Shown piece by piece: positions 63,200-64,000 of a stretch of DNA of 64,000 bases (position 1 is its first letter; every line of letters begins with the position of its first letter). Location: contig CP089275.1 of NCBI GenBank assembly GCA_023920165.1, positions 2,356,001-2,420,000 on the forward strand, read 5' to 3'. The position numbers were made by a program, and so were the translations under genes. The notes under the pieces were generated by a model. That model worked only from the letters and a program-made list of their open reading frames with translations, had not been told where the DNA came from and did not search any database. The DNA comes from Curvularia clavata (Eukaryota).

Positions 63200-64000
63200 C
63201 TACAGCCGCATCCGCACACTAGCCCTCTCCAGCTCTCCAATGTTGCCCATGCCCGCCAAGCTCCACTTCTCCGTCACAAATCCTTCGTCCACCCGGTGTC
63301 TTAGCATGCCGCTCTCGGCATAGTACTCCATGATCGACCGAGCCTCCTCCTTGGTTAGCCCGCCAACCTTGATGACATCAAAGTCTGGCGAACTCTCGTG
63401 CAACCCCTTGAGAGCCTCCATGACACGAGCATCTACACTCTTGTATGGATTCCATTGTGGAACGCTCTCCGCTGAGACCTTGCGGGCCTGGGCAACTTCA
63501 ATGCTAAAGTCGAGCGCAGGAGAGGTAGGTGAATTTGATTGTGAAGTTGCACCCAGAACCACTCCACCATTGGCAAGTTTCTTCTGGCCAGACAGATGGT
63601 CGACGAAATGGCGCACAAGCGCCAAATCATGGGCGTGAATGGGCTTGACCTCGGCAGACAGGTACGCCGAATGACGCATGATGTGCGACAGTCCATCGAG
63701 AGCAAGTAGTACCGGAGGGCGGCCCGGCAATGACAGCTCGTTCCACAGTGCCATGAAGACTGGCCACGACGACTCGGGGTTCGCCATTCCGAGCGCGACC
63801 AACTCTTTCAGTGTTGCCTTTGCAGGGAGCGGAAGAGGAAGGTTGGGCTTTGTGCTGAGTTTTGTGGCCTGGAGGTATGCACCGTTGGCTTTGAGGATCT
63901 GCTGGAGAAGGCTGGCTGTGTATGTATCCTGGGTATACTGCAGCGGTTCTGAGTTGGGCAGAGGGGCATATTCTGTGTGAGCGTTGACTAGATCCTGTGC
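63200..64000 (-). CDS. RSM23: Mitochondrial small-subunit ribosomal protein mS29 (RSM23/DAP3); 5' end outside the window
   Basis: QDLVNAHTEY, PPVLLALDG, IHAHDL, LTKEEARSIMEYYAESG and GNIGEL. Confidence 0.88.
   Translation of the reverse strand, partial: AQDLVNAHTEYAPLPNSEPLQYTQDTYTASLLQQILKANGAYLQATKLSTKPNLPLPLPAKATLKELVALGMANPESSWPVFMALWNELSLPGRPPVLLALDGLSHIMRHSAYLSAEVKPIHAHDLALVRHFVDHLSGQKKLANGGVVLGATSQSNSPTSPALDFSIEVAQARKVSAESVPQWNPYKSVDARVMEALKGLHESSPDFDVIKVGGLTKEEARSIMEYYAESGMLRHRVDEGFVTEKWSLAGMGNIGELERASVRMRL

Overview
Gene-dense, intron-containing genomic DNA of a filamentous ascomycete; the protein sequences suggest Dothideomycetes/Pleosporales (inference). I could reconstruct about 21 protein-coding genes by hand from GT/GC-AG introns with CTRAC-type branch sites. 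They are mostly housekeeping: pyruvate carboxylase, sphingolipid C9-methyltransferase, a PTP-family phosphatase, an eisosome protein, clathrin heavy chain, a divergent GH2 beta-galactosidase/lactose-type permease pair, an F-box protein, an AsaB/CmcJ-family enzyme, an AzgA purine transporter, a methyltransferase-domain protein, an amino-acid permease, PAM17, nitronate monooxygenase, CYP51, a CHK2-type FHA kinase, ATG10 and RSM23/DAP3. I saw no tRNA, rRNA, CRISPR array or intact transposon. The most unusual signal is two unrelated minus-strand orphan genes 16 kb apart. One has an atypical Zn2Cys6-like cluster and the other a degenerate HMG-box-like segment. Both have basic NLS-like motifs and a tiny first exon, and each is preceded about 150-175 bp upstream by a related TTACC/TTCACC-rich repeat array. 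Two AT-richer stretches (about 43.2-46.0 kb and 51.2-54.4 kb) appear to hold decayed genes, including a probable dead secreted-protein gene. All calls come from reading the sequence; no database search was run.
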